Below are positions 19,799-29,588 of a stretch of DNA of 64,000 nt, one piece after another; the first letter of the stretch is position 1, and the number at the start of each line of letters is the position of its first letter. Source of the stretch: Prevotella sp. (GTDB lineage Bacteria; Bacteroidota; Bacteroidia; Bacteroidales; Dysgonomonadaceae); the NCBI GenBank assembly GCA_031285625.1, contig JAITVV010000048.1, positions 37,834 through 101,833 of the forward strand, in the 5' to 3' direction. The notes beneath the pieces are model-generated. The model was not told the origin of the DNA. It searched no databases and saw only the letters and a list, made by a program, of their open reading frames with translations. Made by a program: the position numbers and the translations under genes.

Positions 19799-21010
19799 AT
19801 GAAATATAATATATATATACTGAGCATATTATTTACATTCCTATGTGTAAATAAATCATATAGTCAGATTACAATAGGATCAGATATAGAACCTGCAAGT
19901 TTTTCCCTTGTTCAGGTAGAGGGTAGTGATGGAGGAGTACATTTACCGCGGATGACATCAAGTGAGATGACCACACTCGGTGCATCGATGATAGGTAATA
20001 GCGAATCACAAGCACTCGTTGTATACAATACATCTGATAACAGAATGGAATTCTGGGATGGCAGTGTATGGGTACCTCTAACAGCCACAAGTATATCAGG
20101 TAGCAATGCAATCACAAGTGTAGTTACGCCACAAGGGTTAAAGCTGGGTGGGGATTTAACGAAAACAACAGAAATTGACATGAAGGATTTCAACTTTAGC
20201 TTCAAATATAATACAGGTACATCCGAACAGCTTTCGATAGGATCTGTTAAAGTAAAAAATGATGAAGTTGATCTTACTATCCCTGCAACAGGTGCTTTTA
20301 CAGTTAATACCAACGCTCTGAATGTGAATTCATCCAATCGAAATATTGGTATGGCAGCCGAAAAGGTTACTGTAAATCAGGATCTTTTAACTATAGAAGA
20401 TGCTAGTGTAGCAGGAACAGGAGTAAAAGGTACCTTAAATTACCCGCATTCATCAAAAGGCTCCGGTTATTTACTGGTAAGCGATGATACAAATGGAAAT
20501 ACTTCCTGGGGTGCTGTCAGACCGATGGGTACAATTGAAACGGGAACATTAAGTGATAATACCTTTTTCTGGAATGGCAACGATCAAAATATTACGACAT
20601 CATATCTTAAATTATCACCTGGGCAGTGGATGATATTTGCTAAATATACAGGAAGAATGGTGTCTGCAACTGCCTTAATGTACCAATGGCTACAATTAGA
20701 AAAAACTACCACTAACCCTAACAGTGGAAGTCCAACATGGACATCATTAGGACGAGGAGGAGCCAACCCTGAGTTAATAACAACAGGAAGTACTTCAACT
20801 TTTTTGTATTGTACACCATCTTATAGTCGTATGGTCAATATAACAGAAACTACTTATTACAGGGTGGTTGCAATGACTAGTAATCCTCGAAATACTACAA
20901 GTACTAATACAACGACTATGCAGCGTAATACAAGAACAGTCCCTGATTTTGGAGGTTCATATTTCTATGCTGTCAGAATAGATGTGGAAGATCCTTCAAA
21001 TCCATATTAA
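19799..21010 (+). CDS. Secreted fibre/adhesin-like protein, paralog 3
   Basis: QITIGS..PASFSLVQVEG..GGVHLPR, FWDGSVW, LGGDL; LSPGQWMIFA. Confidence 0.65.
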   Translation: MKYNIYILSILFTFLCVNKSYSQITIGSDIEPASFSLVQVEGSDGGVHLPRMTSSEMTTLGASMIGNSESQALVVYNTSDNRMEFWDGSVWVPLTATSISGSNAITSVVTPQGLKLGGDLTKTTEIDMKDFNFSFKYNTGTSEQLSIGSVKVKNDEVDLTIPATGAFTVNTNALNVNSSNRNIGMAAEKVTVNQDLLTIEDASVAGTGVKGTLNYPHSSKGSGYLLVSDDTNGNTSWGAVRPMGTIETGTLSDNTFFWNGNDQNITTSYLKLSPGQWMIFAKYTGRMVSATALMYQWLQLEKTTTNPNSGSPTWTSLGRGGANPELITTGSTSTFLYCTPSYSRMVNITETTYYRVVAMTSNPRNTTSTNTTTMQRNTRTVPDFGGSYFYAVRIDVEDPSNPY

Positions 21011-21031
21011 TTTGATTATAATCTCGATATC

Positions 21032-21066
21032 TAAGCCTAATCAGAATTGATTAGGCTTATTTTATT
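21032..21066 (+). terminator. Intrinsic terminator of the three-gene cluster
   Basis: TAAGCCTAATCA-GAAT-TGATTAGGCTTA then T-rich tract. Confidence 0.8.
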
Positions 21067-21099
21067 TTCTATATTTGTTTATTATAGAGACCATCAAAT

Positions 21100-21861
21100 A
21101 TGAGACAAACAATATTCATAATACTACTATTTACATGCTTAGTCGTATGTCAATCACAAACCAATTACCCGGTTGGAGTTCAGAGACTATTAGAAGCATA
21201 TTCATCTAGTATAACAGGATACGATGGAACTTCCATAATACTGAGAGATGGCAGTAAAATAGCTTATTCAGAGGGAGAAAATAAGTCTCATAATGAACTG
21301 ATGAATAGTAATGACATAGGAGATATATTCACTTATCCATATATAAAGGGAGAAGTTAAACATATACCGAAGAATTATGATCCGGGACGTATTCGAAATG
21401 AAGAATTATTAAAAAAGATGTATGGTTCTACTTCTGCAGAAGTTCAGAAAAGTTTGGTTACAATTATTTGGTGTCCAAAACTTGTGAACCAAAAATTAAG
21501 GATTACAAATATCAATGGTGTTGCAGAACAATTACAGAAAATCTCAAAAGAGTTAGACAAACATCCTGAGCTAAGAGATTATTTATATAGTGCCGGAACA
21601 TTTAACTGGCGCAAAGTCAGAGGAACAGACAGACTAAGTTCTCATAGTTTTGGTACAGCTATCGATCTGAATGTAAAATACTCTAATTATTGGCAATGGG
21701 ACTGTCGCTGCACATCTGAAGATACTGATTTAGAGTATAAAAATAAAATACCGCAACTAATAGTAGATATTTTTGAAAAGTACGGTTTTATATGGGGCGG
21801 AAAATGGTATCATTACGACACTATGCATTTTGAATACAGACCCGAATTATTAGTAAATTAG
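21100..21861 (+). CDS. M15 family metallopeptidase (cell-wall peptidase)
   Basis: LSSHSFGTAIDLN (SxHxxGxAxD) and WGGKWYHYDTMHFE. Confidence 0.88.
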   Translation: MRQTIFIILLFTCLVVCQSQTNYPVGVQRLLEAYSSSITGYDGTSIILRDGSKIAYSEGENKSHNELMNSNDIGDIFTYPYIKGEVKHIPKNYDPGRIRNEELLKKMYGSTSAEVQKSLVTIIWCPKLVNQKLRITNINGVAEQLQKISKELDKHPELRDYLYSAGTFNWRKVRGTDRLSSHSFGTAIDLNVKYSNYWQWDCRCTSEDTDLEYKNKIPQLIVDIFEKYGFIWGGKWYHYDTMHFEYRPELLVN

Positions 21862-21935
21862 AAGCCCTTTTCTATTTAATAAAAATTGTCTTTCCTGTAA
21901 TATTTTGTAGCTTTGTTTGTCCAAAAATCAAAGCC

Positions 21936-23795
21936 ATGAAAAAACTGATCGTATTAACTTTCTTCCTCATCTCATTTTTTACTTTATATGCCCAACAAGT
22001 ACTTTTTCCCAGAGAAGAAAACACATGCAGGATAATGTCGTATAACATTAGGAATGCAAGAGGGCTCGATGAAATAACTAATTATCAACGGATAGCAAAT
22101 ATTATAGAGAAAGTTTCTCCCGATGTTATTGCTTTACAGGAACTGGATAGTGTAACACAACGAAGCAATAAGGCTGATGTATTGAAACAACTAGCCGACA
22201 TCACCAGAATGCATGCGATATATGGTGCTGCTATACCTTTTCAGGGAGGTAAATATGGTATTGGCATCCTTTCCAAAAAACGTCCTTTATCATGGAAAAA
22301 CATTCCTCTTCCGGGACGGGAAGAAGTACGGGCACTGCTCATGGTCGAATTTGATAAATATATTGTTTTTGCTACCCATTTTTCGCTTACATCAGAAGAT
22401 CGTATAACATCAATAAAGATAATAAATGAGCTGGCAAATCATTCTGATAAACCGGTATTCTTAGCTGGAGACCTCAATGCAGAACCAGATTCATCCGAGA
22501 TAAAGACATTAGCTACGAATTGGAAAATTCTGAATAATACTAAAGATGCGACCTTCCCGGCAAATAATCCTGTAAATAAAATAGATTATATTATGGGATA
22601 TGCAAAAGGAGGTAAGACTTACTCGGTGCATCAGGCCAAGGTTGTGGATGAGCCTGTAGCGTCGGATCACAGGCCATTATTTGTAGATGTACGATTAAGT
22701 ACAAGCGAAGATAAAGTAATGCGTACACAGCCATATCTGCAAAATCCGTCCACAGATGCAATGACTATAATGTGGATGACAAATGTGCCTTGCCGTAGTT
22801 GGGTCGAATATGGGACAGATAGCACTAACATGCAGCGTGCACGTACATTTGTGGAAGGGGAAGCTATGGCAAATAATACTATTAATCGTATCCGGCTGGA
22901 AGGACTTAAACCCGGTACAAAATACTACTACCGTGCTGTATCACAGGAAATAACTCTTTATCAACCATACAAGAAAGAATTCGGAGATACTGTACGCACA
23001 ACTTTATCTTCCTTTACAACATGGAATGATAATCTAAAAGATTTTACAGCTCTGGTATTTAATGATCTTCATGACAATTATGATCTTTTTGATAAGTTAT
23101 ATGCCCAGGTAAAAGATAAAAAGATTGATGTTATTATATTTAATGGTGATTGCATTGCAGATGTACAAAGTGAGGATGTTGCCGTAAAGAGCATTTCTCA
23201 TTACTGTGAGGTAGCTGGCGGAAATAATATACCAACAATCTTTATCAGAGGAAATCATGAGACAAGAGGAGCATACTCGATGTTTTTATGGAATCTGCTG
23301 GAGAAAAAAGGAGGAACACATACTTATGGTGCGTTTAATCTGGGAGATACACGTTTTGTTTTGCTTGACTGCGGAGAAGACAAGCCGGATGATCACTGGG
23401 TATATTATGATATGAATGACTTTACCCATTACCGCCAGGAGCAGGCTGACTTCCTGCGAAAGGAGTTGGCTTCCTCTGAATTCAAAACGGCTAATAAACG
23501 CATCCTTATTCACCATATACCTCTCTTCGGGAAAAATATGGATGAGTATAATCCGTGTAAAGACTTCTGGGAACCGATACTGGCAAACGCTAAGTTTGAC
23601 GTTTCGCTGAATGCACATACTCATGAGTTTGAATACATTCCAACCGGGAAGGAGCAAAATAACTACCCGGTAATGATAGGTGGAGGTCCTAGTGAGAAAA
23701 GTGGCGTAGTTACTGTTTTGGAAAAAAAAGGGAATAGCATGACTCTCACTGCTATAAATGTAAATGGAGCGGAAGTACTAAAGCTTGATTTGTAA
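21936..23795 (+). CDS. EEP (endonuclease/exonuclease/phosphatase) domain fused to an FN3-like domain and a metallophosphoesterase
   Basis: SYNI, LQE, GDLN, SDHRP (EEP); DLH, NGD, RGNHE, HTH (calcineurin-like). Confidence 0.88.
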   Translation: MKKLIVLTFFLISFFTLYAQQVLFPREENTCRIMSYNIRNARGLDEITNYQRIANIIEKVSPDVIALQELDSVTQRSNKADVLKQLADITRMHAIYGAAIPFQGGKYGIGILSKKRPLSWKNIPLPGREEVRALLMVEFDKYIVFATHFSLTSEDRITSIKIINELANHSDKPVFLAGDLNAEPDSSEIKTLATNWKILNNTKDATFPANNPVNKIDYIMGYAKGGKTYSVHQAKVVDEPVASDHRPLFVDVRLSTSEDKVMRTQPYLQNPSTDAMTIMWMTNVPCRSWVEYGTDSTNMQRARTFVEGEAMANNTINRIRLEGLKPGTKYYYRAVSQEITLYQPYKKEFGDTVRTTLSSFTTWNDNLKDFTALVFNDLHDNYDLFDKLYAQVKDKKIDVIIFNGDCIADVQSEDVAVKSISHYCEVAGGNNIPTIFIRGNHETRGAYSMFLWNLLEKKGGTHTYGAFNLGDTRFVLLDCGEDKPDDHWVYYDMNDFTHYRQEQADFLRKELASSEFKTANKRILIHHIPLFGKNMDEYNPCKDFWEPILANAKFDVSLNAHTHEFEYIPTGKEQNNYPVMIGGGPSEKSGVVTVLEKKGNSMTLTAINVNGAEVLKLDL

Positions 23796-23919
23796 AGCCT
23801 TCAATCTCTGCTTATCTTTCATATTTCACAAAAATATTTTTCGGACAAAATATACTATTATATTTCTTTTTAGTTTTTTTGGTATAAATTTTGTTGCTGT
23901 TCATTCTATACACTTCATT

Positions 23920-25050
23920 ATGAAACAGAAAACAAAAACAAGACTAAAAAAAACTATGTTAATAGCTATATCTATCATTGGCATTCTAATCATTGCCGGA
24001 ATCATATTCTTAAACTCACCTAGATTTGGAAAGACTCCGTCCGGCGATCGACTGGAAAGGGTGAAGAGCTCGCCTAACTACAGGGAAGGTAAATTTCAAA
24101 ACCAGAGCTATACAATTCAATTAACCGGTGATAAGAATATGTTTCTTACAGGTTTAGATTTTCTATTCGGAAAAAAAGAGAGGTTAACCCCTACTGTAGC
24201 ATTACCAACAATAAAAACCGATCTTATAAACTTGAATAGGGAATCTGATATTTTAGTTTGGTTTGGTCATTCATCTTATTTTATGCAAATTGATGGTAAA
24301 CGAATCCTTGTAGATCCGGTATTCAGCGATGTATCACCTGTTTCTTTTATAAATAAACCGTTCAAAGGTACCGATATCTATAAACCAACCGACATGCCTG
24401 ATATCGATTATCTGTTTATATCCCATGATCACTGGGATCATCTGGATTATAATACAGTTATGGAGCTAAAAGATAGAACAAGTAAGATCATTTGTGGTTT
24501 AGGTGTTGGCGAACATTTCGAACATTGGGGTTTCGACAAGAATAAAGTAATTGAATTAGATTGGAATGCAGTCTCTACCCTGGATGAAGGATTTAGTACA
24601 TACTGTCTTCCCACCCGTCATTTCTCCGGCAGAGGATTATCCCCGAACCAATCACTCTGGGCATCGTTCTTATTACAAACTCCCACAATGAAAATATATA
24701 TTGGTGGCGATAGCGGATATGATGCTCATTTTGCAAAAATAGGCGAACAATTTGCAGAAATAGATTTAGCTATATTGGAAAATGGACAATATAATCAGGA
24801 TTGGAAATATATTCATATGATGCCCGAAGAGGTAATACAGGCCGCAAAAGACCTACATGCTAAAACTCTACTTCCTGTTCATTCTTCTAAGTTTGCTCTT
24901 GGGTATCACTCTTGGGACGAACCTCTGAAAAGAATTACTGAAGCAAACAAGAAAGAAAACCTGCGTTTACAGACACCTATGATTGGAGAAATCGTAAATT
25001 TGAAGGATAGCACACAAACCTTTAAAGAATGGTGGGCTGGTATTGATTAA
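23920..25050 (+). CDS. MBL-fold metallo-hydrolase (RomA/NAPE-PLD-like)
   Basis: WFGHSS, SHDHWDHLD, RHFSGR, GDSGY; ATG at 23920 more plausible than the TTG in the track. Confidence 0.88.
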   Translation: MKQKTKTRLKKTMLIAISIIGILIIAGIIFLNSPRFGKTPSGDRLERVKSSPNYREGKFQNQSYTIQLTGDKNMFLTGLDFLFGKKERLTPTVALPTIKTDLINLNRESDILVWFGHSSYFMQIDGKRILVDPVFSDVSPVSFINKPFKGTDIYKPTDMPDIDYLFISHDHWDHLDYNTVMELKDRTSKIICGLGVGEHFEHWGFDKNKVIELDWNAVSTLDEGFSTYCLPTRHFSGRGLSPNQSLWASFLLQTPTMKIYIGGDSGYDAHFAKIGEQFAEIDLAILENGQYNQDWKYIHMMPEEVIQAAKDLHAKTLLPVHSSKFALGYHSWDEPLKRITEANKKENLRLQTPMIGEIVNLKDSTQTFKEWWAGID

Positions 25051-25071
25051 TACACGAGATAATATAAATGC

Positions 25072-25140
25072 AAAAAGGTCCCGATATCACATCGTAGACC
25101 TCTTCAACCTTAACACAAACTTTACAAAACTACATATATA
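25072..25140 (-). ncRNA. Candidate sRNA, copy 2 of the 28-nt-core family
   Basis: Reverse complement of the core at 25107-25134, then AGGTCTACGAT-GTGAT-ATCGGGACCT-TTTT terminator on the minus strand. Confidence 0.65.
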
Positions 25141-25282
25141 TAACGCCTGTTTCCTGAAATTGTTTTATCAAAACCACCAATTTATTACTAAATAAGGATT
25201 ATTTTTGCTAAAAAGTGTTTATCTTACTCTATTGATAAAACTCAAGTTGTATATATTCGCATGACATCTTACTTTTAAAACG

Positions 25283-26020
25283 ATGAACGAACTATCATAC
25301 TGCCCTTATTGTAACCAAAAAATAGAGATCGGTAGCGAAAAGTGCCCTTACTGTCAACGTATTTTTACTTCAATGAAAAGACGCGTATACGAACCGGGTT
25401 ATGCACTGATAAGACAAGATTTTGGCCTGATAAAAATAGTTTCTGTAACACTCACTTTCTTAATGGTATTATTGTGCCTCTATCCATTCTTAAATAGAAA
25501 TGTTTATATATTGCAGTCTTTTGATGAAGGTACAATACCCCTGTTTGTAATAACTCTGATTATTATATTGTCATTGTGGCAGATATCATTTGTATCTAAA
25601 TATTTACTTAATTTCTACCATCCTTTTTCAAAGATTTTTACAAACATCAGATGGGAAATGATAGCTATAGTTTTTTTTCTACTGCTAGGTATCTCTGCCA
25701 TAATAGTTGACACACTCAATAACTCAGACTTACAAAGTGGCATGCCTATCTATAAAGATATGATCAGCCATCAGAATATGCAGATTATTACATCACTTTT
25801 TATTGCAACATACGTATTTTGGGTTTTTGTTCATGCTATAACAGGATGGACACTTGCCGATTCTCGTAAACTTGACTTTGTGGGAGGGCTTCCTTATTTA
25901 GGATATATTTTGTTGGCGTCTGCAATTATCCCTTTATTCATTATATTTGTGCCAATGTTTGTAACAAATATATTCTTTAAAGCCGGAGAATATTCAAAAA
26001 AGTATGGATTTCTGACATAA
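25283..26020 (+). CDS. Membrane protein with N-terminal zinc ribbon
   Basis: CPYC-x10-CPYC followed by several TM helices. Confidence 0.75.
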   Translation: MNELSYCPYCNQKIEIGSEKCPYCQRIFTSMKRRVYEPGYALIRQDFGLIKIVSVTLTFLMVLLCLYPFLNRNVYILQSFDEGTIPLFVITLIIILSLWQISFVSKYLLNFYHPFSKIFTNIRWEMIAIVFFLLLGISAIIVDTLNNSDLQSGMPIYKDMISHQNMQIITSLFIATYVFWVFVHAITGWTLADSRKLDFVGGLPYLGYILLASAIIPLFIIFVPMFVTNIFFKAGEYSKKYGFLT

Positions 26021-26027
26021 ATTATGC

Positions 26028-26064
26028 ATCATCGCCTCGAAATTTAGGACTCCGAGGCGATGAT
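26028..26064. terminator. Terminator-like hairpin
   Basis: ATCATCGCCTCG...CGAGGCGATGAT perfect 12-bp stem. Confidence 0.7.
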
Positions 26065-26074
26065 CAAATATTTG

Positions 26075-26191
26075 TCACCTTTGTGACAAAGAGAACAGTA
26101 TATTAAGGTTGTGAAGCCTCCGTTCCTCACATAGGAACGTTGCTTTGAAGTGTCTGAAATAATTTTGTTGAATTTGTCTCATATCATTCAT
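26075..26191 (-). CDS. Putative 38-aa small protein
   Basis: MNDMRQIQQNYFRHFKATFLCEERRLHNLNILFSLSQR between a TATTTTTG box (26233-26240, minus) and the 26028 hairpin. Confidence 0.35.
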   Translation of the reverse strand: MNDMRQIQQNYFRHFKATFLCEERRLHNLNILFSLSQR

Positions 26192-26339
26192 CTTAAAGGT
26201 TATGAGCTCAGAATATTGCGATATCCTTATAACAAAAATACAAATTAATCTAATAAAAAAGCAACGTAAAGTGTTAATAAAACACATTGAAAACACAAAA
26301 CATTAAAATATATTAATTTGCATACTAAATATTTATTTG

Positions 26340-26510
26340 TACATTTGTTCGCAAACAATTTTATGATTTCTATAACTAAGAATATATTGGTGCTGTAAAT
26401 AATCTGTAAATTCTACTACAGATTATCCTTTCGTTTTATTTCTGAATAACCTTTCAGAAATATTTTCATATTTACATAATTTCAAGTTGCAGTAACTAAT
26501 TTACTGTAGT
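26340..26510 (+). promoter_or_regulatory. Promoter plus leader with uORF MISITKNILVL (26363-26398) and hairpins
   Basis: TACATTTG at 26340; ATAATCTGTA/TACAGATTAT hairpin directly after the uORF stop. Confidence 0.45.
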
Positions 26511-26535
26511 TAATAACATCAATATATTTAAAGAA

Positions 26536-27852
26536 ATGGAAAATAAACATACAATAATTTACGACTTTGATCATACACTAATCGCTGATTTCTTCAGAGG
26601 ACTAAAAAGGCAGGGGCCTGAAAGTGACGAAATAACAAAACTAGCTTTACACTTTATCAATGATTTACCAAATAATCCATCTATAGCAGATATTGGTTGT
26701 GGCACAGGAGGACAAACAATAACTCTGGCACAATCAACAAACGGAAAAATTAAGGCAGTGGACTTAATGCCCGAATTTGTTGAGAGCCTGAAAGAGAACA
26801 TTAAACAGTTAGGATTAGATAAAAAGATTTTTCCATCTCTGGAGTCAATGACTGATCTCAGTTTTGAAGAAGCCGAATTTGATCTGATATGGGCCGAAGG
26901 CTCCATATATAATATCGGATATCAAAAAGGCCTTAAAGAATGGCGCAAATATTTGAAAACTAACGGATATATCGCTGTATCAGAAGTATCATGGTTTACC
27001 GATAGCCGTCCTCAGGAAATCTCAGATTATTGGGAATCAAGCTATCCGGAAATAGATACTATCCCCAATAAAATAAAACAAATGCAACAAGCAGGTTATA
27101 CACCTGTGGCACATTTTATATTTCCGGAAATTTGCTGGTGGAATTATTTTAACCCTATGCTGAATAATATCGAGCCTTTTCTACAAAAACATAATTATAG
27201 TGAGGGTGCAAAAGACCTTGTTGATCATTTGACAGAAGAAATAGCATTGTATAGAAAATACAAATCAGATTATGGTTATGTCTTTTATATAGGACAGAAA
27301 TCTGATCTGGTAAATGGTAAAGATTACATTGATACAGAAAATATTCGTATAAGAGCTGAAACCGAAAAAGATCTTTCCGGAATTTATGATCTCATACAAA
27401 CGGCTTTCAAAACAGCAAAGGTCAAAGATGGTGATGAGCAGGACTTTGCAGTAAAACTAAGGAACAGTGACCGGTATATTCCTGAGTTGGCACTTGTAGC
27501 TGAATACAATAATAAATTGATAGGTCAAATAATGCTAACAAAGACTTATCTGACCACAGAAAGTAATAAAGAAGAATATCTCCTTCTTGCTCCAATATCT
27601 GTTTTAATAGAATACAGAGATCAGGGTATTGGTAGTAAACTCATTCATAAAAGCCTGGATAAAGCAAGAAAATCAGGATACAAAGCTGTATTTTTATGTG
27701 GAGATCCGGCATATTATCAGAGATTTGGATTCAGACCTACTAGTGAATTTGGAATAAAGCCTGCGCTGGATATACCTGTACAATATGTAATGGTATATGA
27801 GTTGGAGCCAAATGCATTAAAAGATAGATCCGGCATTGTTGAGTGTTGTTAA
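26536..27852 (+). CDS. Class I SAM-dependent methyltransferase fused to a GNAT acetyltransferase
   Basis: ADIGCGTGG, FDLIWAEG; C-terminal LAPISV..YRDQGIGSKL, GDPAYYQRFGF. Confidence 0.88.
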   Translation: MENKHTIIYDFDHTLIADFFRGLKRQGPESDEITKLALHFINDLPNNPSIADIGCGTGGQTITLAQSTNGKIKAVDLMPEFVESLKENIKQLGLDKKIFPSLESMTDLSFEEAEFDLIWAEGSIYNIGYQKGLKEWRKYLKTNGYIAVSEVSWFTDSRPQEISDYWESSYPEIDTIPNKIKQMQQAGYTPVAHFIFPEICWWNYFNPMLNNIEPFLQKHNYSEGAKDLVDHLTEEIALYRKYKSDYGYVFYIGQKSDLVNGKDYIDTENIRIRAETEKDLSGIYDLIQTAFKTAKVKDGDEQDFAVKLRNSDRYIPELALVAEYNNKLIGQIMLTKTYLTTESNKEEYLLLAPISVLIEYRDQGIGSKLIHKSLDKARKSGYKAVFLCGDPAYYQRFGFRPTSEFGIKPALDIPVQYVMVYELEPNALKDRSGIVECC

Positions 27853-27869
27853 TTATTTAATTAAGATAA

Positions 27870-28409
27870 ATGAATATAGAAACTACAAGATTGAAAATTG
27901 TTCCGCTCACAGTGGAACAATTTCACTTGTTGTTATGTGATATCAATAAAATGGAGCAAGAATTAGACTTGATACCATCTAATGAATTACTTGATAAACA
28001 TACACAACAGGCAATGGAAGGATTGTATAAAGAGGCTGTAAAACATCCTCAAAGCTATATATGGTACACCAATTGGCAAATTATACTTAAATCGGAAAAT
28101 ATAGCGATAGGAAGTGCTTGTTTTACAGGAGAACCGGATAAAAATGGTCAAGTTGAGATAGGTTATGGCATCAATAAGGATTACAGGAACTGCGGATATA
28201 TGACAGAAGCAGCAGAGGCTATGTGTGCGTGGGCTTTTAAACAAGAAAATGTAAAAAGTATAATTGCTGAAACAGAACCAGATAATTATGCATCACATAA
28301 GGTCCTACAAAAATGTAAAATGGAGAAATACCTCGAATCGAATAATAGTTTTTGGTGGAAAATAGAAAAAGAAAAATATGAGAATAATATCAATAAGAGA
28401 AAATTCTGA
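27870..28409 (+). CDS. GNAT acetyltransferase (RimJ/RimL-like)
   Basis: IETTRL, EIGYGI..YRNCGYMTEA, NYASHKVL. Confidence 0.85.
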   Translation: MNIETTRLKIVPLTVEQFHLLLCDINKMEQELDLIPSNELLDKHTQQAMEGLYKEAVKHPQSYIWYTNWQIILKSENIAIGSACFTGEPDKNGQVEIGYGINKDYRNCGYMTEAAEAMCAWAFKQENVKSIIAETEPDNYASHKVLQKCKMEKYLESNNSFWWKIEKEKYENNINKRKF

Positions 28410-28845
28410 ATATAAAGATATAGCCATAAAGTATCTTCAATCCAAGTGGCCTTCCGTATCACCTATAATATATGAAGACAGTATCAATCATAGCTTAAAT
28501 ACCAGTAATCCCCTACCCCAATGGTATCTATTAGAAAAAGAGACTGAAATAATAGGTTGTGCCGGATTGATTACCAATGATTTTATTAGCCGAATGGATC
28601 TTTATCCTTGGGTGTGTGCCGTTTATATCGAAGAAAATCACAGAGGCAATGCGTATAGCAGCCTTCTTCTGGATAAGGCCAAAGAAGACACAGCAAAATT
28701 TGGCTTCAAGAACCTTTATCTATGTACAGACCATATAGGCTTTTACGAAAAATATGGATTTAGCTATATCGGACAAGGATATCATCCATGGGAAGATGAA
28801 TCACGTATATATGAATTTAAGGTAGAAACGGAACAAAATAAATAA
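28378..28845 (+). CDS. GNAT family N-acetyltransferase
   Basis: PWVCAVYIEENHRG, FYEKYGF. Confidence 0.85.
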   Translation: MRIISIRENSEYKDIAIKYLQSKWPSVSPIIYEDSINHSLNTSNPLPQWYLLEKETEIIGCAGLITNDFISRMDLYPWVCAVYIEENHRGNAYSSLLLDKAKEDTAKFGFKNLYLCTDHIGFYEKYGFSYIGQGYHPWEDESRIYEFKVETEQNK

Positions 28846-28904
28846 AACAGATACTTCAAGTAAGAATAAAATTTATCTTTGTCTTTTACTATTCCTTAAA
28901 TCAT

Positions 28905-29588
28905 ATGGCAGAAAACACGTTCAAACCATATATTCAAATACCAAATTTGAGTCTGGCACTAGCTATAGTAGCAACTGCAATGTTGGCCCAGTTACTTTTC
29001 AGCACACTATTTGGCAATATTATAGGTACTACCTGGGTAAACAATAGCATCGGAGCGTTGCTAATGACAAACCTGCTCCAGATATGCACTCTATATCTTT
29101 TTGCTCAATACCTGCGTAATTTTAGTGTAAAAAGGCTAGTCACGGTTTTTTATATAATCATCGCTTGTATTGGGCTTATGACTTTAGCCCCTTTGATGTC
29201 ATATGCTCTATTAGGTATCTTCCAGGCATCCTCTATAATTTCATTCACCTCTCGACTGGCTAATTTATCAATCATTATCCTATTTTTTATGGCAGGGTTC
29301 CGATTGATGCGGTTTGATAAAGACTTTGTCGGAGGGATGAATTTATTAGGAAAGGCTTTCATCCTTGAAGGAATTACCGCTTCTATAACTTTTATATATT
29401 ACTACTATCAGCTATTTACAGCTATTCCAATGTCAACAAGAGACCGGTTGCTTAAAGCTCCCGATCTCGTTACATTAGTTGTAAGTACAATGACATTGAT
29501 ATCTACCATACTTATCTTTATTTGTATGATAAACATCTATAAAAGAGCGATAAAATATAATAATACAGTTGACAGGGATGAAAACTAG
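28905..29588 (+). CDS. Membrane protein, distant paralog of 25283..26020
   Basis: Multiple TM helices; shares YLxNF and DFVGG motifs. Confidence 0.65.
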   Translation: MAENTFKPYIQIPNLSLALAIVATAMLAQLLFSTLFGNIIGTTWVNNSIGALLMTNLLQICTLYLFAQYLRNFSVKRLVTVFYIIIACIGLMTLAPLMSYALLGIFQASSIISFTSRLANLSIIILFFMAGFRLMRFDKDFVGGMNLLGKAFILEGITASITFIYYYYQLFTAIPMSTRDRLLKAPDLVTLVVSTMTLISTILIFICMINIYKRAIKYNNTVDRDEN

